From assembly GCF_963921235.1 (NCBI RefSeq), contig NC_086109.1:33978001-34042000 (forward strand): a stretch of 64,000 nt of DNA, in the 5' to 3' direction. The translations under genes and the position numbers were made by a program. Shown in pieces: positions 27,698-41,686 of the stretch (position 1 is the stretch's first letter; each line of letters opens with the position of its first letter). The notes beneath the pieces are model-generated. The model had not been told where the DNA came from. It searched no databases and saw nothing but the letters and a program-made list of their open reading frames with translations. Origin of the DNA: Mobula hypostoma (lineage: Eukaryota).

Positions 27698-30600
27698 CCT
27701 TACAGTAATGGGATTTGAACCAGGGTTGCTGGCACTGTAATAGAACTATTACACCACCGTGACGCACCACCATCTCTTCGTAATCACTGAATTACTCACA
27801 GAAACCCCATTTGCTTCTGAGAAATTGGGCCTAAGCTCCCAAAATATTCAACCCAAAAACAATCTTCCACAGGAACTCATCTGTGGGACGGACGGTGGGG
27901 GTGGGGGGTTGCGAGGGATTGTTGACACTTCAGGCCAAAACCCTGCTTCGGGACTGAGAGCAGAGAGGGAAGAGAGCCAGTGTAAAGAGGAACAGGAAGT
28001 GGTGACACAGGTCAGTAGGTGATTGGCAGACCAAGGAGAGGTGAAGGATGATGGATTTTGCATCCTGGTTCCATCCTGATACTGCTCTCACGTTTGATCA
28101 CAAGATCAGCCCCTCTCCAGTCAGGTTCCATTTGCCTCTCTCCATTATCATCTTCTCTACCTTTAGTTTCTAGCACTGGTAACCTGCATATTCCTGCTTT
28201 AAACCATCCCAGCTGTCTCTACCTTCACCTTCCCCATGGCTCTGTCAACCTTCTCTTTATCTGCCTCGATCTATCATCTACCTCTCTTCTAAGACCAATG
28301 CTCTCCCTTCCTTGCTGTCCCTTACCCTTCACCCCTCCTTGCTCCATTAATTACCTACAGGCCTCTGCCTTCCTCCTTCCTCTCCCATATTGTCCATCTT
28401 CCCTCTCAACCCCCAGTCCTGATGTAGGGTCCAACTTAAAACAATCCCTTTCGCCCACAGATATCGCTTGACCCACTGAATTCCTCCAACAGATTGTTAA
28501 TGCTCCATATTTTAGCATCTTCAGTCTCTTATGTCCCCAAATATTCAACAGGACGATGTGCTCTCTTTAGGCGACATGGCATCATTGCCAGAAAATTCAC
28601 AGGAGCAGCATATTTCCATATATAGGCAAGCTTTACTAGGCAATGGGATCATATGACTCGCCTACTTTACACAAATATCCAGTCACTGGAACAATCAGTG
28701 CAAAATAGGAACTTGCAACAATTACACATTATTAAACAAAGTAAACTTGGAAAGAATTGTAAAGTACTATTCTTTGATCATAGGCTACTTGTTAAGAACT
28801 GCATGCAGAATACATTACAATGATTACGGAGAATCAACCCCTCTGAAATTTATAGAAGACAAGATCAGCTTTCACCAAAGATGACTCACCAGGGTAACTT
28901 ATTCTTGAAGTAAATCTGGGTCCAATACCAGGCGATGGCACTTCTTCCAATTTTCCACTAAATGGCACTGACTACCACGGTCAGTGGGGAAAAAAAAATC
29001 TAATGTCAGGTTATAATTAAATATTCACTGCAAGATAGAAAAATAATTATGTGGTAGATTGGTTCGAAAGGAAGATTGGAATGGAGAATAAATGGAATAA
29101 TTCACCACCTAAATCTAATAATAATTGGAGAAGGGCACTTCTTTGAAATCCTCATTTGCTTTGGCAGTTCCTGCGTACCTTGGGCTCATGTAAAATATTA
29201 AGTAAAACATAATGTCCTTGGCTATGATATTATGTTTTATTAAAGTCCTGGCACTGAGAGATGGGTGAGAACATCGACTGCCCTGTCTGAAGCTAACAAC
29301 GGGCCCAGTGGAATTGGGATTAATGGAATTTGCCTCACCCTTCAGTTGTTGCTCTGGTATGAGCGGGCACTCGAATGTATCAGCAATGGGAAGGGTGACT
29401 ATCAGCTGATCCAATACTAAACATTTTTGAACATTTTTTGACATTTGGTGGGCAAGTCTTTCTTTGAGCTTTTAGAATAAACTTGAATTTACATTAAATA
29501 ATGTACTTGAAATCTAAAAATGAATCAAAAGAATAGTTGGCATAAACATAAAACAAAGGAAAAAATATTCAACTGCAATGGGCCAAAATGAAGCAAGGAA
29601 TGTCACTAAAGGCTGCTATGGAAAGGCTGCCTGGATACTGGATACATCACCAAATACGTTCTTTAGCTGTCAAAACAGATTAGGAACTTTGGCTCCTGCA
29701 CTGAAATCTAAAGTTGCATGTCATTGGAGGGATACTTTTTCTGTTTTGTTCCAAGAACATTTGGATTTGCCCTTCGCAAATAATTACCCAGGCACCTTTA
29801 GGACAAGATCAAACAAATAAGTGATGTCATCAAAAGAGTTAAAGAACTGAAAAGCTGAGGAACAAAAGTAAACCACCCACATCTGGTAGATCTTAGCAGC
29901 AAAATAAGCCTTGATGATTTTAAGGGAGCTGAAAGCACACATGGTCAATGTTGTATTTACAGGCATGTTTTGCTTTATAGTGAAAGAATACTTGATATGC
30001 TATTATTCTTATTCTGTAGACATACTATCACTTTCTGTTTTTAAAATGTAGATCAATGTGAATGTAGACCAATGCCTTGCACTGGTCAGCAGGGTATTCA
30101 CATTTCATTTCAGATTGTATGAAATAACTAGGTGTTAGTGTGGCATTGTTAAATTTTAGAAGAAAATCAGATAAAGAACGTACCCAATACTCAAGTGTAC
30201 CTGAAATTGATTACATCCTTACACACAAAATAAATGCTATTTACTTATGCAAATTTGGAATTTCACACAAATAAGTTGATACCAGACTGAATTTTAGATG
30301 CCAAATTATATTCATTAATCTATACAATTTTAATTATTTCTATAGTTTAAAGGCAGCCTTACCCAGCAAAGCAATTTAGTTTATGACTGTATTATAAGTC
30401 ATCCACATGCTTAAATACTAAATGTATTATCAACCTCATCAGTGCCATTGGGAATAGTCTTGTTTAACTTGCACTAAAATGTCTTTATATTAGATTCCAA
30501 ATTTCCTTTCTCTCTCTCTCTAATTTAATATTACTTCAATAATATTGCATTTTAGACAAAATAAACATTTTTCTTCAAAATTAAATTCTTCATTCGTGCT

Positions 30601-33600
30601 TGCACTTTCTTTGAATTAAAATATTGATAAATACAGCTCTCAAAATATGGTTCAGATCAAGAAATACCTTATAGTATTTGACTGAGATATAATTTTAACT
30701 CAACTGATCTAACCAGTATTTTAAAATTGAATTTTAGTGGATCTTTAACAGGTCAAATGGCTGAAGGCTATAAGCACTAACATCGCCATCTATACTATTT
30801 GGAGTAAAGCTTTGTTCCCTTCTGATGTGTGGTATAATGCATTTGTCTATATTAGATTGAACCTTTCAATAATTCACCTATTTTTAGTTTTTGATCAAAG
30901 TCCTTCAGAGGTTCCCAAATGCCTTCTCCAAAGTAGACCACAGTTTATAAACTGGGTTATATTTGAGCTTACTGTTGTGATGTTGACACACAAGATCAGA
31001 GTTAAATAATCAAGAATTATTTAATAATAGTCAATAGCCAGAATCTGCAGGTACTTAAGATGATTAAGATGATTAACACGATTGTAAGAGAAACCAGACA
31101 ATAACCTGTCAGAAACACACCTTAAAACTGAATCAATGAGGTCAAGTTTGGAACATTAACCCTCAGAACTTTTAGTTTATTGGGTGCTAAAATTGTCATT
31201 ATGAAGACTGGACTTTTTTTTAAAGTAACTTTAGTTCTTACTGCCAGCTCATTTTCTGAGATCTCTAAGGGCAGTGTAAATGCGTAGGGACTGAGGAAGA
31301 ATTAGTCTGGTTTATCCACAATCAAACTCGAGCATTGTATTACCTTGTCTCCTTTCATGAAGAACAATTACTTTCAAAGATCTACCATCATAAGTTAGTG
31401 GGTTTGAAATGGGAAAGATGGGGGGGTGGAATGTAGAAGAATAATTACTATCTCAGTAACCATTTCTATAAATCACTCAGATAATTTGTACACAGAATGA
31501 AAAGATTCAGCAGTACTTTATTTGCGTGTGAATGAAAACAAGTTTCACAAATTCCAAAGACGTGGTGTAAACACCAGAGAATATATTTTACAGTGCCTGC
31601 AGTTCCAGGAATGTAACAAACAGTACTGTCACTTAAATATAATACAGAATATCAATGTCTACAGGCCTATCAAAGTTCAATTTCAGGTCAACTGACAAAG
31701 CTTATTTATATATATATATACAGACTTGCATACAGAATCTATTAACAGTAACACAAGAACTGTGCTAGTCTCAATCACTTTATATTCTGTATATTTATGG
31801 GTTTTTCTTTCATCTAAAAGCATAAGGTTTGAACAGTCCAGTGTTTACCTGATGGTAAATTCCAATGTTAATACTGGACTGAGGAAAGATAACCTTCAAA
31901 AAGTGTCATAATATTCAGCAAAACAGTGTAAAGAGTATATTTATGATAATCTAGTATCCATGGAGACTATATAAAGTGCAGACTGCCATATATGATTATT
32001 TTAGTTATTTTATTTTTTCTCATTTCATATCCCAAACAATTATGCGCCAGCTAAAAGCCTAGACCTTGAATACGTCCAACATTTTACTTCCCTTGTATCT
32101 CCACAGAGACAATACATTAACTGGTGATACTCTTCCTCCAGCACATTTTCTGCTGGAGATGAGAAGATCAGTTTTCCCCAACATCACAACACAGATCTGT
32201 TGGCCAGACCAGCTGACTCCTCTCAGCTAACAACCACTCAGTTATCTTGTGACTTTACCCAATCTCTGCTGTATATGAGATTCCGATGTAAAGTAAAAGC
32301 CAGAGATACCACTCTGTCAGTCATTGAGCAAATATTCCAAATTTATCAATATAATCATTATTTCAGAAACAATATAAAAATATAAAATAAAGAACTACAT
32401 ATATTCCTGTATCTTGTAAACAGAATCCTATATATTTTACCTTGTGCTTTATAATCAGACATACTGCTAATAAAAAGAATCCAAAAATTATTTGCACATA
32501 TATGCAGACCTTCATTTCTCAGAAATGGATGCACCAACACTAATTGGAGGAGGAGAATAAAATTGCTATTGATGTAGTAATTACTAGACTCCAGGAATTT
32601 AAAGTGGAACCCTTTCAAAACGTGGTTAGCAATCATTTCTTCTAAAAATCAATGTTTTATTTAAAAAAACTGCAAAACAATAATTGAATTACTTTATTTG
32701 GTTAACAAATCATTTATCATGGTAATAAACTGATTTAATTCTTCCTATAGAGAAGAATGGTTTGACATATACTTACATGCTGCCTCTTTAATGGTGCAGC
32801 CATTCCCAAAACAAGGCATATTATTCTATAGTGATTTTTGGAAACTACCATTCAAAATACTTTTTCCAAATACATTTTAGATATATTATGTCAGAGAAAA
32901 GAAATTAGTAATGGTTGAATAGTCACCATTATAAATTTAATGACAGCTTTGCAGCTGGAAAATGGAATTGAGCATATTTGGCAGTTTATTACCAAGAAAG
33001 AATGACATGTTAATTACTAAAATGGTTCAGCACCAATAAGTTGTTAAATATTAACACAAAAGACAGACTTTTGTGTGTGCACCATTTTCATAACTTGGCT
33101 ATTTCCCAGCAGATGATAAATCAGCTGCTTAAATCACACTGAGATAAAGCAGCACATTGGAGTACTTAAACTCCTCCTGAGAAAATAGATCTGTTCACAT
33201 GAACAAGACCTTCTATACCGGAGAAAATTTAGTTACAAGATTTATATGGGATAGATTCATTCAAAAAATTCCACAGTTCACATTACCGGAAGTCAGTAAA
33301 ATGGAAGCCAGGTGCACTGTGAATAGTTGTAGCAAAGCTATTTGCAAAGCTTAACTCGCGTTAAATTTGATGATTATTAATAACAGTTCAGTTTTACAAA
33401 TATTTAGGAATACAAAGTGATACTCATTAATCTAAATCATTACACATGCTCCAGAATATTTTGAACAAATGCACAATAAGGAACTATAAGCACCTCAGCC
33501 AAGTCAGCTAAGCTATTATTTTTGTCTCTGTTGATTTCATTACAGAAATATATGCTGCTTTTTTTAAAAAAAACTTTTTAAGAATATAAAAAAAGCAGTT

Positions 33601-35947
33601 TCTTGTGTAATGTCCTCACTGACTTGCAGCTCACACAGTGTGTAATTGACAGATGCACGGCATCAAAGGCTGTAAAATTCCTGCATCACAGGTGAATTCA
33701 AACATAAAACATGAGAAGCACAGGAGATTTCTCTGACAGAAATTAAATACTAATTCCAAAACTTACAGTATACAAGTTATATCACTCATTTGAAACTTCA
33801 CAAATTCTACAGACACCTTTAGCAGACTGAACCTCTACCACCCTAGAACGAAAAGGTCACATACAAACAGAACTTCACAACCTCTCGCCACCAACCTCTT
33901 TCTCACCCATCTAACCACAGATACAATACATAATAATAATTTTAAAAATTAGGTTACTAAACAGATTATTCCTCATAACTTTCCCCTTATGAAGTTTGAC
34001 TAGATTAGATGCAGCATTGCTCAGTTATGATAGAGATGAAAAGGAATTTCTTCCCTTGGAGGATCATGAATCTTTGGAATTCTCTACTCGAGAACTGAGG
34101 AGGCTGAATCACTGGACGTACTTAAAACCAAGCCAGACAGTCGTTTGGTCTCTGATGCATTCGAGGGTTCTGGGAAATAGGCTGGAAATCTCCAAGCTAA
34201 GATTAGTCAATATGCTATTGAATACATAGTGAGCAATCTCAAAGGGCGACAAGACCCATACTGCACCTATTTTCCTATACGTTTTATATTCTTTCACCAC
34301 TGTAGAGGATAATAATAACTGGCTATTTTTCTACATAACCAATCAAACCTGGACTTGCTTCTTTTTAATACATATGAATACTTCCCATTTTGGGGTACAA
34401 TTATGTGGTACAATTAAAACATCCAAACAGTAGCAAAGTGTGAAGATACATGTTTTCGCAAATTTGCACCTCTATCATTAGTGTGGAGTGATGGATTATT
34501 TCCAAGTACTGAGACAGAGACGATACTTTGGTGAATTTGGATTTGGCCACTGGTAATTGAGCAGAATTGCTGCCCAAATGTCCATAACATTTAGACACAG
34601 ATGGAGGGTGTTAAAATAAAGTTATAACATTTTCTTTCACAGAACCAATACAACTTATTCATAATTATATAGAATAAATCTCAAATAACCCTCCTTATCT
34701 TTCAAGTTAAATGAAAAGCTGGCTGCCATTTTAACAGTACAAAGGACACTGCCTTGATTCCTCTATCGGGTGTCTGTCCTATTTTAATCAGGAAGTTAAA
34801 CTCAAGGGTTAGGGATGGTGCGGATGTGTATGTGCATGTACATAAGCAATACCAGCTAACCGACTTCTTTCTTGACAGTCTCAATTGGTTTACACTAGTA
34901 TTTTGTAGTTTAGCCAACAAGTATGATAACTGAATATTTAATAAGGTTTCTTGAAACAAATATTCAGGAGGGGCATATGCAGTATATGCATATTATGGAT
35001 TTCCTCATGTAAAGCACTACAGTTTATTTCCTCATCCCACCCTTACCATCCCAATCACACCATCTGCTCAAATAATAACCTCTGAGTTTTTCTACTCATG
35101 CAATGGGTCACACAAACTGTATATAGGCACAATGTAACCTTATAACTAAAAATCGCACAAGACATGGGAGTACCCTGAGCCCCCACATGATTTGACTCCT
35201 TATGGCTTTACATCTTCCTTATTTTAAACAGGTAATTCCTGATGAACATTAACCTCTGATCTTCCACCTTCATTTTGATATTATGTGGATATTAACACAA
35301 ATCAGTTAACTAAGAAACTTTTGTATTAGATGCTCTAGGTTTTGAAAAGGACTGCTTAATTTTAGAACATTTAATCAAAGCTAAATTATTTTAGTTTCAA
35401 CGCAGATTTCTCAGCGACCTGATGATGTTGGGGTTTTTGCAGAAGTCACTCTCCAAGATTAAGATGCATGGATAGTTTAGAAAGAAAAAAAAAATCAATT
35501 GTGTCCAATGATGTCACTTTCCAAAATAAAACATGATAATTATTCAACTTTCAATTAAAGTATTTAACGAACAGTTTTATGTAACAGATCATTTAATTCA
35601 ATTATTTTAAATTGTTATTTATTTCTACATTTTAGTATGTTGTCAATCCTGCTCTCATCACAATTTTCTGATTTTTCTATTTATTGGAAATATCAGGTTC
35701 ACTCATTGTTCCAAAAAAATTATATGATTGATATCGCAGCACAATTTCCGACATGTACAATGAGCTAATTTGGGTGGGATCTTTTGCTATACCAAATATT
35801 CACTGTCCTTAGTGTAATTAGCCACACATTTTAATTCCATTAAGTAAAGACCATACCCACTTTATGCTCTCCTGGGATCTACTTTCAGAAGTCCAATCCA
35901 TTATGGGTGGAAATGCAGAATTAAGATATGCAGAGTGACAACAAATA

Positions 35948-36762
35948 CAGTGGCATTCCAGTTAATTGGGTAACCACTTACTTGGGACAACTCTTAAAGA
36001 GCAAAAACTAAGAGAAAATAGCCAGGATTCCCTTCATTATTTGGGACACTATGTTGCTTAATTGTGGCAGGAGACTGCCGGCAAATGGTTTCTAACTAGT
36101 GGCAGATGTGTGCATTTGTATGGCCAATAGATTCTATGTCATGCTTTGAACGAGCAGTTATTAAATAGCATAAGCTGCATGTGTTTGTGTTAAAAATGCA
36201 GTGATGTTTGTCACTGATAAATAGGAAAAATAAGCAGTAAGACAATTCAGAACTGCTCTGCTCACAGCAGTTTCAAGCATCCAGGCTTGGAAATGTCAGA
36301 AATAGCCGGGAGTAAAAATGAAATTATTTCATGACTTCAACAAGTTAGGAACTACAAAGAATTTGAGGGTATTGACAAACATCTCGAATGTTACAATGAA
36401 AATGAAGATTTGGAGGGTGCAATCATTGATCGCATTGTATGAAGCAGTCCTATATCTTCACTAAGTTCTGCACTGATTTTCTTCATTTACAGTCAATCAA
36501 AATAAAGTGCTTACTGAATAATCTCCTCCATCGATAACTATTGGGAACTAGTGAAGTTTTATAGCACTGTAGTATTATTGGTAGTGTTCTAATTTGCTCT
36601 ATTTCATTTAAATACATAATTTGCTACTCAGTTAAACAGTAGTTTGTCTGTTTTTAAATAACTTTTTAACAATTTCTATGAAATATCAGCTAATTAGGAC
36701 AGCCACTTAATTGGGCCAGAATGTACAGATCCTGAGGTGTGCTAATGAACCAGAATCTGCTG
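35948..36762. mobile_element. Non-autonomous pogo/Tigger-like DNA transposon
   Basis: TA|CAGTGGCATTCCAGTTAATT and AATGAACCAGAATCTGCTG|TA form imperfect TIRs. The subterminal motif ccactta(c/a)ttggg occurs near both ends. Confidence 0.6.
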
Positions 36763-37197
36763 TACAACTAAAAGAAGGCAGCCTGTTAAATCAGAATGCA
36801 CCTTTATAACTATCCTATCAACAGAGATACTTTGTGAAGAAAACTAGGAAGGTACAAAATAAATCCACCTATTACTATTGCTGATCTGCCATTCCAATAA
36901 CTTGTGTCGTCCCTCTTTAAAAAATACTTTAAGCTTTTCAACTTTTGGTGACCATGTTAAAATATTTACTGGAGGAAAGGTAAAAATCCAAATTCAAAGC
37001 ACATGTAGGTATTAAATGTATTTAATCTATACAGCAATGGCTGGTTTTAACACCACAGCTGAAGGCGGATTTGAAAGGAAGCTTTGGCTCAGCTAGTTTG
37101 ATCATCACCATGTGAAGTAACAAAGAGTTTTATTGTTCTCTACCCACAACTGCAAAAATGACGATGCCTTGCTCCTCTTTATTTATAAGAAAAATAG

Positions 37198-37282
37198 TTA
37201 AGGATCAGCACTCTCAGTCATTAAAAAAAAGGATCCATTAGGCCATCTTTTTTTTTAAATGACTGAGAGTGATGGTCCTTAA
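37198..37282. repeat. 85-bp near-perfect inverted repeat with TTAA ends
   Basis: Arms ttaaggatcagcactctcagtcattaaaaaaaaggat and atctttttttttaaatgactgagagtgatggtccttaa flank a 10-nt loop. Confidence 0.9.
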
Positions 37283-40200
37283 ATATGTTAAATCCCAAAA
37301 TCCCAAGATAAACGTGGAACATTTTTCTCCAAATTTTGGCCCTTAAAGACAATTCTTCATTTTTTGGAAAACTTGAAATAAATATGAAAAAATAGGTTTA
37401 TGGTCCATGATAAATACGTCCAACACATGATAAAATTAATAGGTTACCTATGCAACGCTAAGTAATTAGTATACCAATTCCAGCCATGCAGACTAAACTT
37501 GAATGCGTGTAATGATGGAAAGGGAAAAACACTTGGTTCGAAAAGCAAATAGCTGGGGAGCTGGAGGTGAAAAAGATTTGGTATCTGGTGACATTTTCTT
37601 TGAATTTGTTGTAAAAATATTTAAGCAGGTATTGGAATCACACATCATTAATCCTTAAAAACCGAGAACGAAGCATATTTGTTAAATTTCCCATCATGCA
37701 GTTTAATATCTGATCAGAGGCTGCTTTAGATGCAAATTAATTTTAGAAATGGCCAAAGAGTGGGGTAAATCTAAGTGGAGATCTTCCAATTTGTAACAAT
37801 TGAGAGTTAATTGCAGGAAATGTGTTATCACATTGTCATTTCCACCCCATCAATTATTGTTCTTCATGAACACATTTTTTTTTGCTGGGTTTTGTCAACA
37901 TTTCCTGCCAGGGAGTCTATCACTTTGTTTTTGTCAGAGTCCTGAAATGGGGCACCAATTTGTTGAAATTGTCCAGGATTTTAGATGGGGAAATCTGCTC
38001 ATAAATCCTGATCGAGCACAGAATATACAACTCCACAGAGATTATATGGGCCATAAGCAAAAGAAAGAATAAAGCTAAAGTAAATTGTTATTTAATTAAA
38101 TTATGCAACTTTCTGTAATGTTTTAAATTCGGATCATTTAAAAAGCTTGACAGCCTTGACAGCGAGCAAAACTGGTGTGTGGCCTTGCAGTCTGCTAAAC
38201 AGTTTCTCCAGAGGTTTGGTGGGACTTGTTCTAGCTCAGCCACATGACCAGGTTACTGGTAGCATGCAGTGACATGCCAACTAAGTGTACGAAGGTCTCA
38301 AAACAAATTTTTTCCAGGCACATCCAAGGCTAAGTGCCAGGTATTTGGTGGTTAAGGGATGAGCGTACATGGTCCAAACAGCAAAATCTGGACAATTCAG
38401 TGCCAAAATATACAGTAAAACACGCCCTTATTTTTAGAGCAACTATTGCCTCAAGAACTTTGCAACCAATTGAATTGTGTGGGTGGAGGCAGGAAGAGTT
38501 GCAGGAAACATTGGTCAGGACTCAAAGCAACCAATGCAAATTTACCCAGTCTACAATTTGTAATTGAATCAGTATAGCTTTGTTTGTACGGTAATTCAGG
38601 GAGTGGATTTTAGCTTTATGCAAGTTATATGTTTAATTTCATTTTCAGTAACAAACAGGAACATGGTCAGCAGACCCAAGTGACAAAGGAATTGTCCAAT
38701 CCTGCCCATACTGCCTTTTCACTACCATTCAATTTATTGGGTTAGAATTTGCACTTATGAAGCCTTCAACCTTGTAATTCAGACGAAGTTTCAGAAGGTG
38801 TGGGGACCTTTTCTTGAATATTTTCATAACTCCTCTTTAGGTTAAGTTTATCCTTTTTTTTTGTATGCTACAATCCCTTACTTTCAGCTTTTTTTTCCTG
38901 TAAGTTTTATGTTTTTTTGTTGTGAATTACATTATAGTTTCAGTAGTCGGCATTATACTTTCTTTTTTCTTATATATATTTACAGCTCTGTGGGGTTGAA
39001 TGCTCCGATTAATTTTTTTTCTTTAATACACAGAAATGGTTGGCCTGGTTTTTTTTTCAGTGGGAGGTTGGGGTGGATACTAATCTTACATGATATTATT
39101 TTATATATTGGACTTGTTTGTTTTGCACTGTATAAATCTCCATTTTGTTGATGGTTTTTTTTCTGTAGCTCTATTATAGAAACACATAAAAAATTAATTT
39201 AAAAAAAACTTGCAATGGTAGAACCAAGACAAACCAAAATCCCTGTTCTGTAAGTAGAATATCCCTGGCACATAAATGGGATAAATAACATAATAAGGGG
39301 ATGGATGTCATATTGGGCAACAGCTTGCCGAGTTTTGTCAGCAGTTCTTAATGGATCCAATAATACTCAGTCGTTTGAAAGGCTGGGAATTTCGAGATTT
39401 ACTAAAAAAACAGCACCGCATCTGACAATACCTTCTATTGAGAGACTGCACATAAAGAAATCGTTGGGCAGATCCAAAACCCAATTGATTTTCTTTGGCA
39501 CTCCATGCCTGTTGCTCAGGAGTGAAAAAAGAAGGAAGATTAAACATATTTTGCTTTAGGGAGTTTAATTTTTAGTTAGTTTTTCGAGTGACTGTGTTTT
39601 CATTAAGTCCATTTTATAATATTGCTTTAATGTTAGTAATTTTTAAATACATTTGAACTGAGGTATTAAAAAACTTCAACTGACTTATGAATTTTATGAA
39701 TGGCTTTTACATTGCCAACTGAAAAACTAGTGGCACTTTTTGGGGGCAGTCATTACTGAGACTTCACTGTTGGATTAATGGGCAAGGATGCTTGAAGTTT
39801 GTCCTCTGCTTCCAGCCTAGCTCTGTGTAGGCATGAGGGAACCTCAACAACAATGGGCCTGATTCAGTTTAATCCTCTTGTTACACTGTGTACATGCAAG
39901 ACAAATTTCCGACATTTTGCTCTCAGAAGGGAATCTCTTGCACTGATTCAGTATTTTGCGTAAGGTGATGCCTAGCACTGATGGTACATATCCTACTGCA
40001 AATCCCATCTGAGGTAGGTGTTGAGTACTTATGGAAGATTACGCTTTGACCAAGTCAGTGACAGATGGGACAACAGATCCTAAAGTGGGTCATGGCATAC
40101 TGCGACTATCAATAGCACACATTCAAAAGACAAAACAAGTTTTACAGGTTCGGGGCCTTTTCTTGTTCCAAGGATTCTTAGGCATCAGCAAGTCAATTAA

Positions 40201-41213
40201 TCAGCTGCTTTTGTCGTAGACAGAAACAGTGCAACAAGGGTATCACTCCAGTTGCACAAGGTAATGCAATATTTTTAAGGATTATCCGGACTGCACATTT
40301 TATTTTTGCTTCCTGGACAAATTTAAAAACAAGTATCTTTTGTATTCAATTCTTTTGGTTCATTGTTTAAAGATTGTCATCAATAGTTAAACATATTAAA
40401 AACAGATAAACTATCTTGTTTTTGATATTAAATGACATTACGTGGCCTTTCCTCGACATTTCTGCTGATTGGCTTACTATGTAATCCCTTTCCTAAAGCT
40501 CGTGTTTGTGTCAGGTATGCTCCTGGTACAGGTTACCTAAATTCTCAAGAGGAAGCAAAACAGAACAATGCTTATTTCTTCCAGCAACTTCCACCAGCGT
40601 CCCAAGAGCAGATCATTAACTGTCTTTCACAGGAAGAGACCAGTTTGCTTTACTACTTAAAAATAAACACAGGCAACTTGTATCAAGGTGAATGTACAGA
40701 GTTTACCCATGTTGGGGTTTATCCATCTCATCACAGGGAGCACCAGGAATTCCAAAATCTCAACATCACGTCGTGCAGTTCCCAGAAAAACAGTTGAACT
40801 AAAAATGAAGGCGCACCCTCCGTTCAACGCCATCACACTATAGTACTTCCTGGCACTATATTGCTTTATCTATCCTTATCCTCTCTGAACCAATCTATTC
40901 CTTATATAATGCATCCCAGGAGTTCAAGGTACTTGCAATGTATAACTGTCAACAGAAATACAGAATGAAAAAGCAAATGGGTGCCAAAACCTTTGAAGAA
41001 CAAATTAGCATTAAATAAGAAACTGTAGAAGTGGTTTTGATTAATTTGTTCCAAATAAAAAAGTGTTGGTTAGTTTAAACTCATCATCCACAGGGTGTTG
41101 CATTCTGCTTCAGTACTTAACATAAAACAGTTGAATATGTTCCCATAATGAGGCCTTCAGCCATTTATTTGAGTTGTGTACTCATTCACATCCTTGGAAT
41201 GGTTACCACTTGT

Positions 41214-41686
41214 TTATAAGTGGAAAGGATATTCTAATAAATATTCCTTTAATCTAGTGGGCAAAGGAAGTTCTTGGATTGTCTTAGTACTTTTATTGAT
41301 TATAATCCTACAAAGATGTTGCAATGAGGGAGTTGCAACATAAAGAGGTTTGGTCAGTTTCAGATGAATGACTGTGTCTTTAGTCACTGGTGCAATTGAC
41401 GGGTCGTGTGCAGTGTGAGCACTTTTAGACAGCGAGACATAATGCTGGATGAGATCAACTACATCTTCAAAATTCTTGAGCTTTGGTTTCGCCAAAACTA
41501 CCGAATCAAAGCCAAACTTGCCCTCATTGTACTCGATGCGAAGGTGTGCAGGTCCTGAGCTTGTTTTGACAGACAGCGTTAGGAGATATTCTGGGTTGGA
41601 GCTGTCCCGGACTAGAAATGTGCCTTCGGTGGTTTGATTCAGAATCTGCCGTGCTTCAATTGATGTGAGCGCTCCCCAATACCAGC
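41214..41686 (-). CDS. Suppressor of cytokine signaling 2-like (SOCS2/CISH subfamily), last coding exon: SH2 domain + SOCS box
   Basis: Manual translation gives (G)WYWGALTSIEARQILNQTTEGTFLVRDSSNPEYLLTLSVKTSSGPAHLRIEYNEGKFGFDSVVLAKPKLKNFEDVVDLIQHYV...HLKLTKPLYVATPSLQHLCRIIINKSTKTIQELPLPTRLKEYLLEYPFHL*. It has the FLVRDS SH2 motif, the SLQHLCR BC-box and the LPLP Cul5-box. The acceptor reads ttctttctccatccAG at 41687-41688, with a CTTAC branch-like site about 30 nt upstream. Confidence 0.96.

Noticed and set aside
34702..34959. Minus-strand ORF containing YTSAPSL, as in the SOCS2 pre-SOCS-box
   Set aside because: No QHLCR or other SOCS similarity follows, so it is most likely coincidence.
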